NCBI GenBank assembly: GCA_000165425.1
Contig: CT868030.1
Location: 372,001-436,000, forward strand
Direction of reading: 5' to 3'
Origin: Paramecium tetraurelia
Taxonomy: Eukaryota
DNA: 64,000 nt
Position numbers and translations under genes: made by a program. How positions within the stretch are numbered: position 1 is the first letter of the stretch; every line of letters begins with the position of its first letter. This document shows positions 58,067-64,000 of this stretch, piece after piece. The notes beneath the pieces were generated by a model. The model was given only the letters and a program-made list of their open reading frames with translations. It was not told the origin of the DNA and ran no database searches.

Positions 58067-58595
58067 ATGGTTATCAAGACAGATTTGTGCTCTTTTAGTG
58101 AATGGAGAATCTATCCTGGACATGGAAGAAGATTCGTAGCCAAGGATGGCAGACTCTTCTATTACTTGAATTAAAAGAGCAGAGCTTTTAGTGCAAGAAA
58201 AGTATTGAATCTCTTAACATATAGATTAAATCTCAAGAAATCTAATGGACTGTTGCTTGGAGAAGATTAAACAAAAAGATTAAGACAGATGAAGGAGCTA
58301 AAAAGAGAAGAATCAGAAATCTTAAAGTCTAAAGAGCTATTGTTGGTATTTCTTTGGAAGAAATCAGAAGAAGAAGAAAGGAAGATGACAGTAATGCATA
58401 TTCTCATAATCCTTAGAAACTAGAAAGGCATAAGCTGAACAAGCTGCAAGAGAAATTAAGGATAGAAAGCAAAAGCAAATTGAAGCTTAAAAGAAGAAAC
58501 CTGCTGCAGCATAAAAAGTTGCATAAAAAGCTGAAGTCAAAGCTCAACAAAAAGCATAAAAAGGTGCTGCAAAAGCCAACAAAGGTAAAAAGTGA
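58067..58595 (+). CDS. RPL24: 60S ribosomal protein L24 (eL24)
   Basis: MVIKTDLCSFSEWRIYPGHGRRFVAKDG..WTVAWRRLNK..RAIVGISLEEI; introns 58202-58224 and 58391-58416. Confidence 0.95.
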
Positions 58596-58659
58596 TTCTT
58601 ACAATATAACATCAAATACATATATATTTTTTAGATTATAATTATTTTTATATTATTCA

Positions 58660-59243
58660 ATGGAAGAATTATGTTACACCATTCTTGGAATGGGTTTAGG
58701 AATTGTTGTATAACAAATACATGAGAAGTTATCCAAAAATAAAAAGTAGAATAAGCCACAATAATAGAATATGGGAACAAAGAAATATTTGCCATCTACT
58801 CCAGATATGAAAAAAGCATATCAAGAACAAAAATAAAACTTTCTAATTCGATAAGCATCTTAATAAGAGGTTGGTGATACAATTAGAAAGATAGTCAAAA
58901 TATAAGGCAAAATTTCAGGGTTTGATAATGATGATGAATTGAATTATATAAATAATTCATAAGAAGAAATTAAAGAAGATAATGACTCAAAAGAAGACAA
59001 TGATTCATAAGAAGAAAAGGCTTTCTAGCCAAAAACACCCAATTTTTAAAATAAATCCTCGACCTCCTAAAGTATTACATTGATCACAAATTAACTAGTT
59101 TCTAGTTAGTTATCTTTGGGATAATTACAATCTAATTAATTTAGCGATAGTAGTATTATTTTATCAATAAATAAGAAAAAAATATACCTCCTCCTGTTGA
59201 AAGTTAGGAATAAATTATAAATAGCAGCGATTCAGAATCATGA
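58660..59243 (+). CDS. Hypothetical protein with N-terminal hydrophobic anchor and acidic low-complexity body
   Basis: MEELCYTILGMGLGIVV then a D/E/S/Q-rich region; probable intron near 59150-59175. Confidence 0.6.
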
Positions 59244-59440
59244 TTATAATATAAATTTTAAATATCAAAATCTTATACATTTATTTAATCAATCAAGAAA
59301 TTAATGTTTTCATAGATTAATAATTTTTCAATCAATTACATTTTTATGAATAAGGAATGATTAAGTCTTCTCATATCAATCATATCTCTCATCTTTTATA
59401 TTATTTTAGAATTAATTACGTTTTTTTATTAATTAAATTA

Positions 59441-59677
59441 ATGAATTATCAAGAATTAGAATAACATTAAAGAAGAAAACAAATTACTCTAAATGATGCT
59501 ATGTTTACAATATTTAAAAGAGCTATGGTAAAGAGTCCTTGTTTTATACCATTTATTATTATAATGACTCTCTTATTTGCTATTGGAATTTTGCATGAGA
59601 CTGGAATTAAACCAATTCATGAAATGTTTCCTCTTGGAGGTACAACTGGTGAATTCTTGAAATCTGAATAGATGTGA
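59441..59677 (+). CDS. 78-aa single-pass membrane microprotein
   Basis: MNYQELEQHQRRKQITLNDAMFTIFKRAMVKSPCFIPFIIIMTLLFAIGILHETG...EQM*; more GC-rich than its flanks. Confidence 0.6.
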
Positions 59678-60255
59678 AACGATTGATAAACATAATAAAA
59701 CATTTTAATATTACTTTCTTATTATAAATTACTTATAGTTTATAATTATTTACATCTATTATTTGTCTTATGTTATTTATTGAAATACTTAATAATTTTA
59801 CAATTCAACTATTTACCAAAAAGAGTTAATTTATTCTTTTCAAAAAATTACAATAATGGTGTAAAAATTTAGGAATTTTATATTATTTAAATTTATTAAA
59901 TATTAAATTCAACTCTTGTATTAGTTATATATAATTAAGGTTATCTTATATAATAAGGAACTAGTATTAAAAAATAGCAGAATATTTTATATTGATAATC
60001 AAGTGATAAAATAATTAGTATAACACTATTTTTTTGATATATAATAAAAGGAACTAGCAAGGAATATTTGGTTCTAATAAAAATAAAAAATAATCCATCA
60101 AAAATATATAGATTATACATATGATTATTATAAGATCACATTAAATGGATTAGGACAATGTTTCGAAATATTTTATCAACTTTTATGAACTATAAATTCA
60201 TATTTATATTACTGAATAATACATATATTTACAAAAATTGCAATTTGAAATTTAA

Positions 60256-62179
60256 ATGGACCGCAATTTATAATCATGCTTCTAACAATTTCAAGTGAAA
60301 AGAAATCAAAATTTTCTATATCAAAAGTATGTCAACAAGGTACTGATGAAATATTAAATTAGACAAACAAAGAGAAAATGCCTGACGAAGAATTAAGATA
60401 GAAATTCATAGCACAAGCATTCAAATACGTTGGAGTTCCCTATCATAGTAGATATCATGATGAAACTTCTCCACACTACAATGCTCCTCTGTATCTAGAT
60501 TGTTCTGGACTGATCAGATAAGTAATTTATGATCTAAGAGAATACTTTGGATTCACTTTAGGAAAATGGAATTAAGCATACTAATATGATTTACTTGATA
60601 AGGAGATTGAGTTTTAAGACTTGAAACCTGGGGATCTAATATTTCTCTCTGGAACTTACTATGACAAATCTTGCAGAGCTTTCCAACATAATATTGTTCA
60701 TGTTGAAATTTATCTAGGAGGTGAAAGAACTATTGCTGCAAGATGGTAAAAAGGTGCAATTCAAGAATTTGAAACATACAAATTTGAATCACAAAATTAC
60801 TATGATATTAAATATCATTATAAATCCATACAACCTTGGTTAGAGGGAAAATGTGAAAGCTTTTGTGCTGAACATCCTTGGAGAGATGATAGAAATATAT
60901 GGGTTAGTGATAAATACTCAGTATTTGCTAAGAATTTACAATAAGTATTGCCTGCTGATTTTGTACATAAGCAAAGGGTGTATGTTGGATAAGGTAACAA
61001 TGCAGAATTAATTAAATCCTATTTCAGAAACTAGAATTATGAATTAATGGATACTGTTTAAGATGCGTTTAAAAATGATTATTTTATCAAGTGGGTCTAA
61101 TGTCCTTAAAGCATAAATTATTATGAATTCAAACCAGGCTAATAGATTGTATAATTATTTTACTATCAATATAGATCAATCATATACCTAAAGCATCTCA
61201 TAATTTAGGGCTCAAAATATCCATGTTGGAATTGTTGAGAGAAAATTAGTGTGAGGATGTTTTGCCTAAGACTTTTAGATTAAATCAAATCACTGAAGTT
61301 ATTGAATTTCTGAAGGACAATGAAGAAGGTATTTGGATATTGAAACCATATAATTTGAACTGTGGCAGAGGAATCAAATTCATAAGTGATATTGCCAGAT
61401 TTAAGTAGGATCTACACCAGAAAAGATAATATCAGATCGGAGACTATTATAAAGTGTATGTTGAAAACGAAAGGAATAAATTAAAATAAGAAATTCAAGA
61501 TCATTTGGGAATCAAAGAAAATGTTGACCCAGAACAATAATTAAAATATGATGATATTAATCCAATGTCCATCATATAAAAATATATTGAAAAACCCCTT
61601 TTGTTGGATGGTAGAAAATTTGATATTAGATGTTATGCTCTGATAGCTTAAGTGAAACCATATACAGTACTCTTTCATCACGGATATGCTAGATTGAGTA
61701 TTTTTGAGTACACATTGGATGACATTGAAAATGAATAGAATAAAATTATACATCTCACCAATAATGCAATCTAAAAAACTCATCCAACATATAAAGAGAA
61801 AAAAGAAAGTTCCATATGGACTATGGATCATTTAGAGCAATATTTACAAGACTTTTATCATTATTAAGTAGATCAGATTAAATCAATTAGAGAATAAATT
61901 AAACAAATTTCTCATAGAATCTTTAATGCTGGATAGAAAAAGATCCAAGCTGGAGGACAAAAAGGAGAATTTGAATTATTTGGGCTTGATTTTATCATAG
62001 ACGCAAACCTTAAAGTTTACTTTTTAGAGGCTAATATAAATCCAGCACTTTTTACTGAAAATCCCAATCTTAAATAGATTATCCCTTCAGTTGTTGAATA
62101 AACTTTAGACATAATTTTAGCAATTTAAAATAATCATTAATATTAGTTGGGAACATTTGAAGAATTAATAATTGAATGA
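60256..62179 (+). CDS. NlpC/P60-like cysteine peptidase fused to tubulin-tyrosine-ligase-like domain
   Basis: AFKYVGVPY..LDCSGLIR..LKPGDLIF..VHVEIYLG, then in the same frame YVGQGNN, IWILKPYNLNCGRGI, IIQKYIEKPLLLDGRKFDIR, HLTNNAIQK, FELFGLDF, LEANINP; intron 61149-61174; start is 60256 (with intron 60340-60362) or 60276. Confidence 0.88.
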
Positions 62180-62222
62180 TATTGATTTCATAATTAAAAT
62201 ATATTGTATAAATTATAAAGCA

Positions 62223-64000
62223 TCAAATCTTCTTTATCTTTACTTATCTCCTTAAGAGATTAGAAATTTTGGAAAATCCCTTAGGAGTCCAAATAATATT
62301 CTCTTTAGGTTTCTGATAATAAAGGAATAATATCATAAAGTGGGAATCTATAATGAATTATCTAGTATTTACAATTAGTTTTATAATCCATACTAAATGA
62401 CTAGATCTAATTCCTCTTCACGTTTTTGTTGAGATAGTTTAATAGCTAAATCTTTAATATACTTTTCTTTATTATCAGCTACTGTTAACATCACTTGATC
62501 TATTAAATCTAACTAAATATTAACACTCTTAGTACAGTTAATTATGTTTCATTTAAATTGTGATCCAATTCTAAAGTCAAGCGTTCGTGCAAATCCATAT
62601 TTAAATATTAAACCTGATCGATTGCATTTTTTGCAATAAACATCTAAGCAATCAATTTTTGCATTTTCTAATCCAATTTACTTGCATTATCAACACACTT
62701 TGAAAAGTCATCCACTTATAAATTAATCTTTTTATATTAGATATTAATACACAAAACTCTAGTAATGCATGTTTCAAATGGATAAATGAAATTTCTTATG
62801 CCTAATTAATGACAATAAGTTTACTATCATGAATCATTAACTATAATATAATTACAAATTCATTACAATTTTTAATTATCCATTTGGTCTAACCTGTATT
62901 TCAGGATATTACCCATCAAGTTAATTAGCTTTTAAAAATTCACAACTTTAAAGTTGGTTTTATGGTGGATCTAATTGGGCTAGAGTAATTGTAATAGCAA
63001 CTTAATTCACAACAATAACCATCTTAATTTGAGTTTAAGTGACATAAAATAATAAGTCTTCCCAGAAATAGCTATCGGTAAGTTGTTCAAATTCAGTTAA
63101 AATGGGGATAAACTATCCATTTTATTTCATGAGAAGAGAAAAGGTCTTCTCATATTAAAATAACAAAAAGGTTTCATTTATGTTGCTAGTCACATTCAAA
63201 GGAGAAATAAACTAATTACCAAATGGAACCAATTAATTGTTTTAAAATTAATAAAATTAACCATTTTTCAATTTTAGTTGTTTAATTTCTGCTTTCAATT
63301 TCTAATCTTCAATGTTGCATTCAGAATTTGTAACAATAAAATAATAACTTTACACTCCAAATACTCTTTCAGGCTATGGCAAGTTATTTATTGAAGCTTT
63401 TAAAAACATTGACTATTTCTTTGTGTGATCAAAACCATAGATTTGGATGACAAAATTAACAATGTTTGAGGAATAGTTGTAAATATTTCTGGAAAACGTT
63501 TTCTAATTAAAGAACCCACTTGTTTGAGACTCAACCTTTTCTTCTATTGTGACATTTTAGTTTCTTTCATTCAAGGGAACAGAAACGATTAGCTCTTCCT
63601 TATATTGATGCCATGCTATGGAGTTGCCTATTCCTGTTGATAGTTGTTCTAATTCACTCAAAAAATGCAAAGTCAATTTGAGATCACTTTCCATCATATC
63701 ATAGTTCAAATTTTTATTATTTATTGAAAGCACAGCATATTGACCATTATTGTTATGGATCACAAAATATCTACCTGATAATGAAATCAAGATTTTAGAA
63801 TCTACATTAAAAAATAATAATGATACCATCCCAAGCATAAGACGTTTAAAATGAAAATATTTTATGTTGTCTACTCATAACGGTCCATTCTTCTTTTTTA
63901 TTTGTGAGTTCTTAAGTAAATTCAGTCAATGTACAAATCACATTTTTACCACTTGTAGATAGATACATCAAATTAGATTAATCAGTTTATTTGTTTAATA
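62223..64000 (-). CDS. Hypothetical protein, 5'-partial (beta-rich N-terminal part, helical C-terminal part; weakly Vps8-like)
   Basis: Coding-like minus-strand frame continuing the 63557-63838 ORF when TAR=Gln; probable TGA at 62223-62225; the family call is only an impression. Confidence 0.5.

Noticed and set aside
60818..61831. Minus-strand track ORFs inside the NlpC/P60-TTL gene
   Set aside because: Antisense shadows with no motifs.

Overview
This is a very AT-rich, gene-dense eukaryotic window that reads as ciliate macronuclear DNA, most likely Paramecium. Conserved genes are only open if TAA/TAG encode Gln and TGA is the sole stop, and they carry tiny GT..AG introns of about 20-31 nt. 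The supplied standard-code ORF track therefore shows only fragments and antisense shadows. Re-translating by hand gives about 33 protein-coding genes. These include a multi-TM (GPCR-like) PIP5K, a CK1-like pseudokinase, a PH+CAMK kinase, acyl-CoA oxidase, a four-member cluster of an unnamed family, a DNAI7/CASC1-like gene, a CAP protein, LYRM4, IFT81, a YbaK-like gene, SAM-FHA-FHA, TM-TPR-VWA, a CDPK, ISWI, two TTL-family genes, NSF and RPL24, plus several decayed gene-like stretches. The most striking observation is one gene (60256-62179) fusing an NlpC/P60-type cysteine peptidase domain with intact Cys/His to a tubulin-tyrosine-ligase-like domain, a candidate writer+eraser for tubulin side chains. 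Single-base +1 frameshifts interrupt otherwise intact ACOX and ISWI genes; assembly errors are the most likely cause. I saw no rRNA, tRNA, CRISPR array, telomeric repeat or intact transposon. All translations were done by eye, so start codons and some splice sites are approximate.
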